This document shows positions 14,077 to 25,245 of a stretch of DNA of 64,000 nt, piece by piece. A model generated the notes under the pieces. It made no database searches and was not told where the DNA came from. It saw only the letters and a list, made by a program, of their open reading frames with translations. The translations under genes and the position numbers were made by a program. Position 1 is the stretch's first letter, and each line of letters opens with the position of its first letter. Source of the DNA: Trypanosoma brucei. Taxonomy: Eukaryota. The stretch spans positions 3,990,026 to 4,054,025 of the forward strand of contig CM000208.1 in NCBI GenBank assembly GCA_000002445.1, given 5' to 3'.

Positions 14077-14838
14077 ATGGAGTTTTTGGAGAGACAGAAT
14101 GCAAGTGATGAGAATATTTTAATAACTGTTGACGGGTCTGATGTTATTGTTTCTGATGGAAATAAGTATGAGAGTGCTGTGAAATATTTTATACAAAATA
14201 CTGCAGCTAATGAGGAAAAATTTAGTGGAGAGGATATAGTCAAAGAAAAGCAAATTTCCCCTATTATGTTCATGACAACATCAGAGTGTTATGCGCCTCA
14301 GTTGGATTTGCTCATGAACTCAGATCACAAGGAGCATGTGCAGAGATGTTTTCGGTTTTTTAATGTGGGCTACAGGAAAGAGGAGGATAAGAAGCTACCG
14401 CATTTACTGAAATTTCCTTCAAGTGGCAAACCTTTTCTTAGTGGGCGGAGGTATAATCATGAGAGTTTGGGAGTTTAATAAATTTGAATATGCTTTTGGA
14501 GAGTTACTAAAGGGAAGTGAGGAGTGGTGGTCAAAGCGGAGTATTTACAAACCATTGCTAATATGGAGTGTCATTCAGGAAGAATATGTTGGACAGAGAT
14601 TTTTCGAGGAGGAGAGGAATTATTTGGCTGGATTATGATGAAAGAATCTTTTCTCAGTCCGTACTTAACTTCTGGCAACGATCTCGCGTTTCTTCAGTTT
14701 CCAGGACGTGCGCTCTTCTGGAAGGCAAAGAATAGAAAAATAATATTCAACTTTACTTGGTATAAGCAGTTGGAGCGAAGGAAATTTACAAATAAAAGTT
14801 TGAGAACAATTTGTATTTATGTAGTTAGTGAAGTGTAA
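14077..14838 (+). pseudogene. Non-VSG degenerate ORF cluster of unknown family (three overlapping frames; candidate ESAG- or RHS-related pseudogene fragment)
   Basis: ORFs 14077-14478, 14423-14638 and 14524-14838 abut in different frames, which is the pattern of a frameshifted gene. The proteins are not Ala-rich or Cys/Lys-rich like VSGs, and no VSG motifs are present. The cluster lies downstream of the 70-bp repeat at 12955. Confidence 0.3.
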
Positions 14839-15072
14839 TTGTATTTGTAATATAAGAATATTTGTGGTGAAGCGTTTAAAGAAAAGGAATTGTTTAATCC
14901 GATCAAGTTGTAATTACTTGGCGACCATTTGCTGGCCGACTAGCTTGGATATTTCAAATTTTCTATAGTGGACATGCAACTGTAAAGTATAAAATGAGCA
15001 AACTAAGAAACAGTGGTCCATAATATCACTCTCTGCGCCTTTCACACAAGCTCTGATATAGAAACGCACAAA

Positions 15073-16632
15073 ATGGACCACAGACCTTCAGGGGAAGTGC
15101 TGACTTTAACAATCGTTGTAACTCTCGCAATATGCAGACCCCAGGTAGCACAGGCCATTGCCGACGAAACAAATGCCGCAGCTTTTGCCGCCGCATGTGC
15201 GTTGCTGCAAATCCAGGAGGCTGTAGCCCCGGCAGATTTACAGCCTGCAGATCCAACAGCGGCTCTTTACGAACTATAAGCCATCAACATGACAGTAAGC
15301 AACGAAAAATGGCAATCCAAATTTATAAAAGGTGAAGGTCAAGGGGTTAAGTGAGAGGATGACGAAAACAAAGATAAAACCACTAGACCAGAATGGAAGA
15401 CTAAATGGGAGGCGTGGGCCAAGGCTCGGCAGGCAATCAAAGATGCAAGCACTGAACCGGCCAAGACAATAAAAACGTCAGCCTTAGCAAAATTAACCGG
15501 TTGTGCGAAGAATCTAGCACAAAAGCGGGTAAATAACATTATAGAGCAGGCAAAGAAACTAGCAGCGTCCGGTAAAAGCGATGAGAACACATGGAAAGAG
15601 ACCACAAAGGAAAAAGTCGACGAAAAGATGTTAGAAGCGGTTTATGGCGATGCTAGCGGCAAAGTGAGTTTCACCACGGGCACACCGACCCTCGCTGCAG
15701 CCAAGTCGGTAGACGCATGCGGTACGGACGGCACAGTAGACAGCAAACAACCACTAGCGTATGTGCTCCTCTGTCTCGCTGCAGAAGCAGGAACCGGCGC
15801 CAACAGCATACACCCAGTTGCCAAAGCAAGTACTCCAGTGGGCTGGACAGCCGTAAACACAGCCCTGAACACACAATTCGCCGCTGTAAAAGGGCTTTGC
15901 CCCGCAAACCCCAAGCTAACTGTAACCCCAGAAGCAATCCGACAGGCACTTAGCGCACTGCAATCACAGATCCGAATAATAGGCAACAAAGGCTACCTTG
16001 GCTACTACGCAGCAAGCGGCTGCGACGGCAGCAGCAACAACGGCGTTTGTGTCAAGTACAGCACAAAAATAACAAATCTAGCGAATAACTTTGACAAACT
16101 CACTTACGTGTCCTCCATGGAAGAAGCAGCCAAGCTACTTGAGCGGCGCCGGGAGGCAGCACAGCGGCGGCAGGCTATAGCTGACCACATTGCGGCGCTG
16201 TTACACGGTGCGTACAACCTGGAGGATAAAGTAAACCAACTTGCAGATGTAGCGGCTATACCAGCCGGCAATCCTCCAGCAAAGCCTAAGTTATTAGACG
16301 CAGAGCTTGGCGCAAGAACAACTGAGTGCGAAGGAATAACCAAAAGTACTAATTGCGATGCCAAAACTTACTGCAGTTATGAAACAGAAAGCGATGGCAG
16401 TAAAAAGTGCAAATATAATGCGACAAAAGCCACAACAAATAGCGTCCCTGCAACGCAACATCAAACAGGAGGGACTGAAACAGCAACAGAGAAATGCAAA
16501 GGCAAACCTGAGAAAGATTGCAAATCTCCGGATTGTAAGTGGGAGGGAACAGATTGCAAGGATTCCAGCTTTCTCGTCAATAAGAAATTTTCTCTGATAG
16601 CTGCTGCTTTTGTGAGCTTGGTGATATTATGA
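15073..16632 (+). pseudogene. VSG: VSG (type B N-terminal domain) with a frameshift near 15280-15350 and an otherwise complete C-terminal domain and GPI signal
   Basis: Signal peptide MDHRPSGEVLTLTIVVTLAICRPQVAQA. A shifted frame reads DDENKDKTTRPEWKTKWEAWAKARQAIKDAS...; the 15628-16632 ORF ends CKGKPEKDCKSPDCKWEGTDCKDSSFLVNKKFSLIAAAFVSLVIL. A stop (G Q G V K *) lies at about 15350 between the segments. Confidence 0.85.
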
Positions 16633-16864
16633 GAATTTTATGGATTGTTGCTTAATTATATAAAGTTTATAATTTATATAATTTTTTATTTTAATATATT
16701 TAGCACTTTTTGATGAAAATATTCAAATAAATGAAAATATTAGTAATTTTGAAATATATAAAATTTTGGCATGAAAGCTCCTCATATATGTAAAGTATAA
16801 TTTGATAGGGTGAAATGTTAGCGCTGTTACGAGAGTTTCACATCCATAATTATTTTATGAATGC

Positions 16865-17015
16865 TAATTATGGTAAAAATAGTAATAATAATAATAATGA
16901 TTATGATAAGAGAGTGTTTTGAGTATCTGTATATACAAATATTATAATAAGATTATTAATGATAATAATATTATAGTAATAATAATAGTAGGTGTGTGTG
17001 GTATGAGTGAGTGGC
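16865..17015 (+). repeat. 70-bp repeats (about 2 copies)
   Basis: agtaataataataataatgattatgataagagagtgttttgagtatctgtatatacaaatattataataagattattaatgataataatattatagtaataataatagtaggtgtgtgtggtatgagtg. Confidence 0.8.
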
Positions 17016-18695
17016 ATTAAAAGAGAGCACGGGGACTTTTATTAACAGAGCAAACGCAAAAAGACAAAGTATATTATGTAGATATAATATGCGTAGTTTA
17101 ATACACAAAACGCGGCTGTTACCGTCATCATATAAAAGAATATGGAGGAGAAAGATGTTTTACTGTACAAGCCAACTGATTTATTACGTTATTCATGTAA
17201 GAAACGAAATAAAAAAGAAGGAAGCAACTACGGAATTAAACAAGGTTATAAGTGAAAGCATATCATAGAAAGAAATGATAAATCCGGAGGAGATGATGCT
17301 CCGTGTTTCTAACAAAAGTGGATAGACGCTGCTTTAGTGATGATGGTGGATACTTTAGTTTATAATTTGATTATGAATCATAATATTCATTTATAAAATA
17401 ATATAAAGAGGAACGGAATGAAGAAGTGATTGGATAGCTGTAAGGAAATATTAAAGTCTTCTTTCCATAAGATATAGTATTAATAGTCAACATTTGTGGG
17501 CAAAAATATAATATTATTTGAAGGAGGATTTTTAAAACTATGATTGCTAGTGAATTAGTGTGAAAATTAAAAGACGAAATTTATGGCCTAAAACGCTTGA
17601 AATAGCCCATACATAAACATAATTAAGAACTTTATGAAGTGGACAAAACGTTCTTAATTATGCTCCTTCAATTCCGTATTGGTACACTGGGGAAACGTTA
17701 AGAGCTCTAAAGGAGCTTTTAATTAATATAAAAAATTGTTTACTAATGCAAGAATAACAGAACGTATTGGCGAAAGAAAACCAACGAACAACGCAGTTTC
17801 CATCTGCGAATTACATAGTCTGAGACCCAGGTGAAAGAAAACGAAGCAATATTATAGACAGTAGGAGCAGTAGGCGAACTGTATTCATAAAAACACGTTG
17901 TTCTTTTATTTCAGTAGAAGAATTTGGGAATGAAACTATACAAAATGAACACATTAACAGCCATAAATGATGAATTATGAGATATAAAAAGTTTCATAAT
18001 GTTTTGGTGAGATAAGAGTCTGGAATTCTTGATTGCATATGGGAATTTGAAAGTTGACGATAGAGAATAGTTAAAATTTTATAAATGGATGTAACTTAGA
18101 GTTTTGGATTACAGAACAAGCCTTCATCTGTCAACAATTTTTTATACACTAAACATACGTGTCACATAAAAAATCCCGGCTGCAGTATCATTTATGACAA
18201 CAAGACCATATAAAGTCGCAGTGAATTCAAAACTTAAAAAAATCTACAAAGCACATCCAATGGAGGAGTTGGCTTCTGAACTACGAGGACCTCCAATTAA
18301 ATAAGAGACTAGAAATGTAGCTAAAAAGAAAACAGCTGCACTTAGCTCAGCGACGGAGATATGGTATGACTGAATTAGCCGCGAAACTGGCTGTAAAATC
18401 CATGAAAACTACGGAAGATATTCGCATCGTTTTGTAAAATACAACAGTGTGAAAATGCGGGTAAGTGGCATAAAGACAATAAAGGAGATAGAAGAGATAC
18501 AAAAGATAGAGGGTAATTAATACAGGGGTTGTTTTGGCCGTCACTATAACCGAATGAAGCCGCTCTCTAAGCCCAGAGCACAGCGTGACTCTAAATAGGC
18601 TACGCATCCCCAAGGGTGCAAAATTCGTTACTCCTCTTTTTTTCTTTTCAATTACAACCGCAGACCCAGGGAAAGAGACTACCATCAATTCACAA

Positions 18696-20201
18696 ATGAC
18701 AGCAGCAATCCAATTTCTTGTAGCAGCATGCGCCGTGATAAGCGTCGCACGACCCGACGACACTAAGCCAGCCAATGTCATGACAACAGCAACTTCGGCG
18801 GCACTCGTTCTTTCAGACGTAACAGCTCAGATGGCGGAGGCCCTAACACCTGCGTCAGCAGAAGCAGACAAACTAAGACAGGCGCTCGCGCAAGCGGCCG
18901 GAGCAGCACTTTACGACAATAGTCGACTCGGCACGGCGGCACTACCGGTCGCAATAGTTCTCTCTAAGCGGCTCACAGCATGGACGCAAGGGAGGCTGGA
19001 ACTGGCACCGCGACTAATACGAGCAGTGGCCAAACTAGCAAATCTCACAGGCCACCAATTCGATGCGGCATTGATGCAGGACCTCCGTATACCGAATATT
19101 GACACCGGAAACACGGACCCACAAACGGCAGCGGCGGCGTCAAATCTCTATGTAACAGCTGGAGACAACACTTTCAGCAGCAAATCAGTAACAGCTTTCA
19201 ACAAAGAGCGCGCCCAAAAACACGAGTGGATAAAGCCCGCGAACTTCGAAAGCTTAAATATATTCCTTCCAAATCCGAAAACCAGGGACACGGGGACGGC
19301 AGCAGCGCCGACCATCGGCAAAGAACAAAACGACGGCGGCAACAAGTGCAAAAATGGAGACGTGACAACAGACGCCGACGAGCAAGGCGGCGAAATCTGT
19401 GTCATTGGAGGAACGGTCGTCAATACGGAAAAGATAACAATAACCAAGGGAAGTAACAACTTCGGAAACCCCGAGGGCGAGGCTTTCAACGACGGCAATT
19501 TCGAACATCACGCGCGGAGCGCCGTCGCGACAGCCTACGCAGTATTAAAGGAGCTAACACCACCGCCCACCTTCGACATCGATAATGCAGAAAGCTTTAA
19601 AGCTGACACCGACTTCAAGGCGGCGGTAGGCGCAATTTTTGGCAATCTCGACAAAAAAACGAGCTTAGCAGCAGACGACGACAAAATTACAACCATAATC
19701 AAAAACATCTACGGAGAAGGTACCGAAACGAAAACCAAGTTCTGGGAGAAACTGAAAACGATCAAAAAGCCATCAAAAATACTGGGCGAAGATGCTTCAG
19801 GGGATATAACAACCGTATCGGACTTAGGCACAGCATTCAAACTGCTTTTGGAGACAAAAGTCAAGGAAAGCAAACACAAACAACAAGCGGCCGCCCCTGT
19901 AACCGCGACTACAGGAAGTGAGAAAGAAACAGAAACCAAAAAAGAAGACGAATGCAAAAAGCATAAAACAAGCGAAGATTGCAAAAAGGAAAAAGGTTGT
20001 GATTTTGATGATAAAAAGCCTGACGGTGAAAGATGCTTTCCTAAAGTTGAAACTGAAAGAAAAGATGAAAAGTCATTTTCTAGCAATTTGAGAGTTTCTG
20101 TTTCTCAGATATTTGCTGCGTTCTTTTGGTTGCATTTTAATCATTTTTGTTTCTATAAAATTTTTATGATTTTTGCTACTCTGATATATTTTAACACGTA
20201 A
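18696..20201 (+). CDS. VSG: VSG (type B N-terminal domain) with an atypical read-through C-terminus
   Basis: Start MTAAIQFLVAACAVISVA lies inside the 538-aa ORF 18585-20201. The N-terminal domain is long and Ala-rich. The C-terminal domain reads ECKKHKTSEDCKKEKGCDFDDKKPDGERCFPK. The stop at the canonical position is missing, so the ORF continues through a hydrophobic tail and through a perfect 16-mer TGATATATTTTAACAC at 20181-20196. Confidence 0.7.
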   Translation: MTAAIQFLVAACAVISVARPDDTKPANVMTTATSAALVLSDVTAQMAEALTPASAEADKLRQALAQAAGAALYDNSRLGTAALPVAIVLSKRLTAWTQGRLELAPRLIRAVAKLANLTGHQFDAALMQDLRIPNIDTGNTDPQTAAAASNLYVTAGDNTFSSKSVTAFNKERAQKHEWIKPANFESLNIFLPNPKTRDTGTAAAPTIGKEQNDGGNKCKNGDVTTDADEQGGEICVIGGTVVNTEKITITKGSNNFGNPEGEAFNDGNFEHHARSAVATAYAVLKELTPPPTFDIDNAESFKADTDFKAAVGAIFGNLDKKTSLAADDDKITTIIKNIYGEGTETKTKFWEKLKTIKKPSKILGEDASGDITTVSDLGTAFKLLLETKVKESKHKQQAAAPVTATTGSEKETETKKEDECKKHKTSEDCKKEKGCDFDDKKPDGERCFPKVETERKDEKSFSSNLRVSVSQIFAAFFWLHFNHFCFYKIFMIFATLIYFNT

Positions 20202-20789
20202 GCAAACTGGAAAATAATTTTTTTCGGTTCTGCCAACGCGTGTAAATTTTTTGTTGATAGCCAAAAAACTATCCTTTTTTCTGTTGAATTTTTTATGAAT
20301 TCTTTTTGTCCTGCAACCTAAAACTATAAAAAAAGAATGAAGGAGGATAGATAGGAAGGATAAAGAATGCTATTGTGGTTTAAATTATGTTTATTTCTCC
20401 TCTTACTAATAATTTTATTTTTATTATCAGTGAAGCGTCACGACTTTAGTTTTTTATTTTTTGGTGATGCAGAGACTCTATCTTGATGCGGAGCCTAACC
20501 CTCATTCGACAGACGCACATCTTCGCTTGCTTTTGGCGACACCACCTCGCTGTAAGCTTGTTGCGATTCCCCTTTTTATGCTTTTCTGAATGTCAGCTCT
20601 GCCTCATGCTGTGCGATTTTTTTGTTTCAAACTTTACTTTTTTCCGCCGTCTTTTAATTAAATATTGATACCACGGTTTTTTTTTAAAAACGAAACCACA
20701 AGCTTTTGTTCGACGAGAAGCCGATCAACCTTTTTTTTTTTGTAAATTATTTTTTGTTGAATCCAGGTGCTTAACCGTCACACACTTAA

Positions 20790-21004
20790 ACACAACGAAA
20801 GATCCCCAAAAGATACAGAAAATGCAAGGGAGAAACCGACGAGGGTAAATGCAACAAAAGGATGGGTGCGATTTCAGATATGGAAAATGAAAACTTAAGA
20901 AGGTAGTTAAATTGGAAGACGAAAAAGCCACAAACACCACAGGAAGCAATTCTTTTGTCATTAACAAGGCTCCTCTTTCGATTACATTTTTTGTTCTAGC
21001 ATAA
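20790..21004 (+). pseudogene. VSG: Orphan VSG 3' fragment (C-terminal domain and GPI-signal remnant)
   Basis: Reads ...TTGSNSFVINKAPLSITFFVLA*. Compare the terminal VSG ending TTGSNSFVISKGPLLLAFLLF and the copy at 57159 ending NSFVIHKAPLLLAVLIIA. No N-terminal domain lies upstream. Confidence 0.7.
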
Positions 21005-21284
21005 CAATTATAAGAAATATTTTTAAAAGCTTTTTACTCAATTTTTTAAAGCTTATAAAAGCTAATAAACATTTTTTTGAGGAGACAATTTTTTTAATTT
21101 CATAAATATTAAGATAGTATCACACTTTTTGATGAAAGTCAAAAAAATAGTGGAAATTGGAAGTGTGAAAAATATGATATAAAATTCCAGTAAAATGTGT
21201 ATAACAGTGGCTTCCGGATGTAAAGTAGTAGGGAGGTAGTGTTTGAATGTGAGTGCTTTTATAATTTCCATTATTTTCTTTATA

Positions 21285-21375
21285 TTATGAATTTCAGTTG
21301 TGGTGATAATAATGATAATAATAATAATAGGAGAGTGTTGTGAGAATGTATATACTAATGTTATAAGGACATTAG
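21285..21375 (+). repeat. 70-bp repeat (1 copy). This is the 5' boundary of duplicated cassette copy 1.
   Basis: gtggtgataataatgataataataataataggagagtgttgtgagaatgtatatactaatgttataaggacattagtc. Confidence 0.85.
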
Positions 21376-23172
21376 TCAAGACTAAATAGGTGGGGAAAAT
21401 AGAACTAGACAAAACAGTGGTTAGTGTGCTGTAGGAGTAAATTAGTGGGAGATTACAAGAAATATTATTGAAAGAAACTTAAAGAATACAAATGAAGAGG
21501 GGGGTATGGAATTGTGCAGTTTAAGGCGTACAGACGGCGGCAACAATAACTATACACGTGAACACGATAGAGGAGAAAGTAAGAGAGACAAAATCTACTG
21601 TACAGAACAAGTGAAGGCACTACATTATACGCATTGATAGAAACAGTATGCAAAAATGAGGAAATAAAAAGCGGAGTAAAATAAGAAAAGGTGTGGCAAA
21701 TGACCACGGATGACAGTAGCACAGAAGGAGAAAGGGATTTTGCTCCACATTTCACACATAAATTGATAGATGCTACTGAAGAGATAATACTGATTTTAAT
21801 TTTAAATTTGATGATGCATCCTAATATTACGATTTAAAGATTGTAATGTACGAAGGGGTAATAATTTTCAGGTCACATTGAAGTCTTTTATCATATATTT
21901 TAACAGCCAATAACATTTGTGGCCAATAATTTAAGATAAGTAAATTTTTAAGCTTTAACTACTGATGAACTAGTGTGGACAGAAAAAATTAACAAAAAGC
22001 AGAAGCTGCTTAAAATGAAACATTTATGTACCTTTATAGAAAAATTGTGAAGTACGATAAGTTTTCAATTACTCTAATACAATTCAGCATTGGTGTACTG
22101 GCTAAAAACTAAGACCTTTGAAGGAGCGAGTAATTCATATAAAATTGGTTGCCAATGCACAACAATTAAGAATATTAATAAAACAATAGCATAGATAAAG
22201 GCGCTTCTTGTCCACAAATTTCCTAGGCTTAACATTCGACGAGCCAACTTGTAGCGAAGCAAAAACAAGAAGGAGGGAAAATCGTATCCGTGAACAATTA
22301 ACACCGTTACTTTGTTTTTCCAGGAGCATAGATTAAACTGTATAAAATTGAACCAACTAGCAGCCAAAATGGTTAAAGTGTAGATACAGAAAGTTTTCAA
22401 ATAATTAGAGACATAGAGGATTGAATGAGGGAGCGTATATGGAAATTTAATAGATGATGACAAATACGTGACAAAATGTCATAAATGGAAGTAGATTGGA
22501 GTTTTAATTACAAAGTGAACTGGAACCTATCAACAATTGCTTCTCCGCTAAAAAAAAGACGTATCAAAAATAAGTCCAGTATCAGTATCGAACACAAAAA
22601 AATAAAAGTCATAGAAAATGCAAAAACTCTCATAATATATGAAGCGCAACTAAATAAAAGATTATCTCCAGTTGTCGAACGAGAAATACAAGCTTAAGCA
22701 ATGAGGACTGCAATGGAATCGGCCGGCAGACAGAAAGGGGTTAGAAAGAGGTGGGTGATCTTAGTAGCGTAAATCGTTTTGAAACAAGTACTAAGAGGTA
22801 TGATCACTGGAAAAGATATTCCTGTGGTGTGATGGCCTGCAAGTGTGGGAAATCAAATAAGTTTAACATAGAATAAATAGAGGAGATAAGTTCAATAGAA
22901 GAGAAAGTTTCTTCCTTAATTAGACGAATAAATTTAAAATAACAGCAGAATTTAACAAGAGTCTGAAAAAAATGCAACCAGAACAAAAACTTCCCCCTGA
23001 CGAAATCACAGGCAACCTTGGAAAACCAAACCAGAACAGAGTTACTCGTCAATGCTATCAATTCGAATACCAAAGAAGTAAGAGACACTTTTCCTGTTTT
23101 TTAAAAACAAAAAGAAGCACCTAAAGGCAACTCAGCACGACCTCAAACCAGACGTTAATACAGTAAGGACGC

Positions 23173-24665
23173 ATGGCGGCTAGCAGGCTAACGGTAGTTC
23201 TCGTCTGTTACTATATCGCAGGGCAAACATCGGCCCAAACCACGGAAGACACTGCAAACAGCGCCTCTAAAACGCCCTGTACACTAAATGCATACTACAG
23301 AGCTATAGAAAGCAAACTAACAAGTTGGATAAACGACGCAGCAGCCGCGCCGCAAAAATTGAACCTGCAGCTAAATGAATTGCAGTTGGCGGCGCTAAAA
23401 CACGCAGGCACAAAAAAAGGGGTTTCGTACACAGTACTAGCGGCAATCATCCGAAGGCGCCAAGCAGGCGCGATCACCTACACACAAACGGCAGTACCAA
23501 AGTTTGCAGCGGCCCTAGAACTAGTAGCCACAAAAAGGGCAGAAACTCTAGTCTTAACAGGCGCAGCGGCTGCTACCACATCATCAGCGGTTAAACACGA
23601 GCAGGCGACCGCCGAACTTACCAAAGTATTGATGCAGGGAACCGGCAACAACAACGTCGGCTGCAAAGTAACGACAACGCCTACTATAGTAACTCAAACA
23701 AACTGCATTTCAGAGGCGACGGACGTCACTAACGCACAGAAAATAGCAGACAACCTCAAGACATGAAAAAAATGGCGATAATAAAGCAGACGGCCATGAC
23801 GCTACCCGAAGTAACCGCGCTCATAGAGGCACGAGGAACGATCAACAATCCCTCTCAATGGCTAGCCGGCACCAGCGCAACTCACTGCGAGCAGAATGCC
23901 AGCCCACAAGGCGCGACCGAAGCGCAACACGCCGTAGCGGCCCAGAAAATAAAGCTAACTGCAAAGACCACACCAACAATCGAAACGCTAGCAGACCTCA
24001 CACAAGCTCAACAGCAACAGCAACCTGCCGGCACCGCCGACACAACAGCGCTACTAACAAGCGACAGCGACCTAGCAACGGCTCTAACAGCAGCAACAGC
24101 GGCACAAAGCGAACAGCCGGGAACACTAGCGACCGAAGCACTAGAGGCCCTAGCAGGGGAGCCAGAGGCCACGGACATGTACAACTTTATGCGGCAAAGC
24201 ACAGGAGCAGGAAGCAAAAAGACCCCAACAGCAAAAGAGGTTGCAAATTTAGTTTTTGGCACTGCAACAGCCACAGTAGACAAAGCCTTTTTGCAACCCC
24301 TCAGCACGGACGCAGTTTCTATCCCAACAGCCGGCAACGACATCAAAACGAACATAAAAGCAATTGCAGTCCAAGAAGGTTTCGAACAAGCAATGGCTTA
24401 TTACTATGTTCAGAACATGCAAAAGCTAACAAAAGCTGTAGAAGGAGTCAAAAAAGAAGAAAAAGAAAAAGCAGATGCAACAGAAAAAACAGAAGAAAAG
24501 AAAGACGGGGAGACAAAAGAGGAGTGTACAGGCACCGTTGAAACTGATTGTGACAAGACAAAATGCACTTGGAATAAGGAAAAGAATGAGTGCAAAGTCA
24601 AAGAAAGTGCATATATTTCATCTGTGACTAAAGTCCCTCTTTTGCTTGCATTTTTGCTTCTATAA
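23173..24665 (+). pseudogene. VSG: VSG, copy 1 of a tandemly duplicated cassette; single-base frameshift near 23757
   Basis: ORF 23173-23766 (MAASRLTVVLVCYYIAGQTSA...) joins ORF 23763-24665 in the +1 frame. The sequence ...ctcaagacatgaaaaaaatg has lost a g relative to copy 2 (ctcaaggacatgaaaaaaatg). The C-terminal half is nearly identical to copy 2 and ends VTKVPLLLAFLLL. Confidence 0.9.
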
Positions 24666-24954
24666 TTAAGTTTTTAAAAGATTTTTGATCAATCTTATGA
24701 AACTCATAAAATTTGGTATTTTGACAGGATTTTCTAAAAAGGTGCAAATTAAGAAATTTTGAGAAAAAAAGTTAACATTTTCTCAAATATGTAAGAAACT
24801 GTCCTTTGGATGCAACATAATATGGTGATAATGCATTCAAAGAGATTAAAGTTATAAGAATGTTGCTATTTTGGTTCATATTATTTTATTTGTGTACATT
24901 AAGAGAAATTTACGGTTATCATAGCAATAGTTATAGCATCAAGAAAGAAATATA

Positions 24955-25245
24955 AGTAGTGACACTGATAACACTGATGAAACTGATGATGATAATGATA
25001 GGAGAGTGTTGTGAGTGTGCATATACAAATATTATAATAAGAGCAGTAATAATAATAATGATAATGATGATGATAATAATAGGAGAGTGTTGTGAGTGTG
25101 CATATACAAATATTATAATAAGAGCAGTAATAATAATAATAATGATAATGATAATAGTAATGATAATAATAATGATGATAATAATAATGATGATAGGAGA
25201 GTGTTGTGAGTGTGTATATACTAATGTTATAAGGACATTAGTCAA
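24955..25245 (+). repeat. 70-bp repeats (3 copies). This is the 5' boundary of duplicated cassette copy 2.
   Basis: The unit ggagagtgttgtgagtgtgcatatacaaatattataataagagcagtaataataataatgataatga occurs three times. Confidence 0.9.

Noticed and set aside
20440-20700. The GC-rich island as a Pol I promoter or spliced-leader-related sequence
   Set aside because: There is no match to the spliced-leader exon, and I cannot recall any promoter consensus that matches it. It is flagged only as an oddity.
23858-24541. 227-aa Arg/Ser/His-rich ORFs (23858-24541 and 27725-28408) and the minus-strand Ala/Cys-rich ORFs overlapping VSG coding regions (for example 2090-2440, 8787-9383, 15642-15989, 27749-28222)
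   Set aside because: They are alternative-frame or antisense readings of GC- and Ala-codon-rich VSG coding sequence. The true frame is the one with the VSG signal peptide, Cys pattern and GPI tail.
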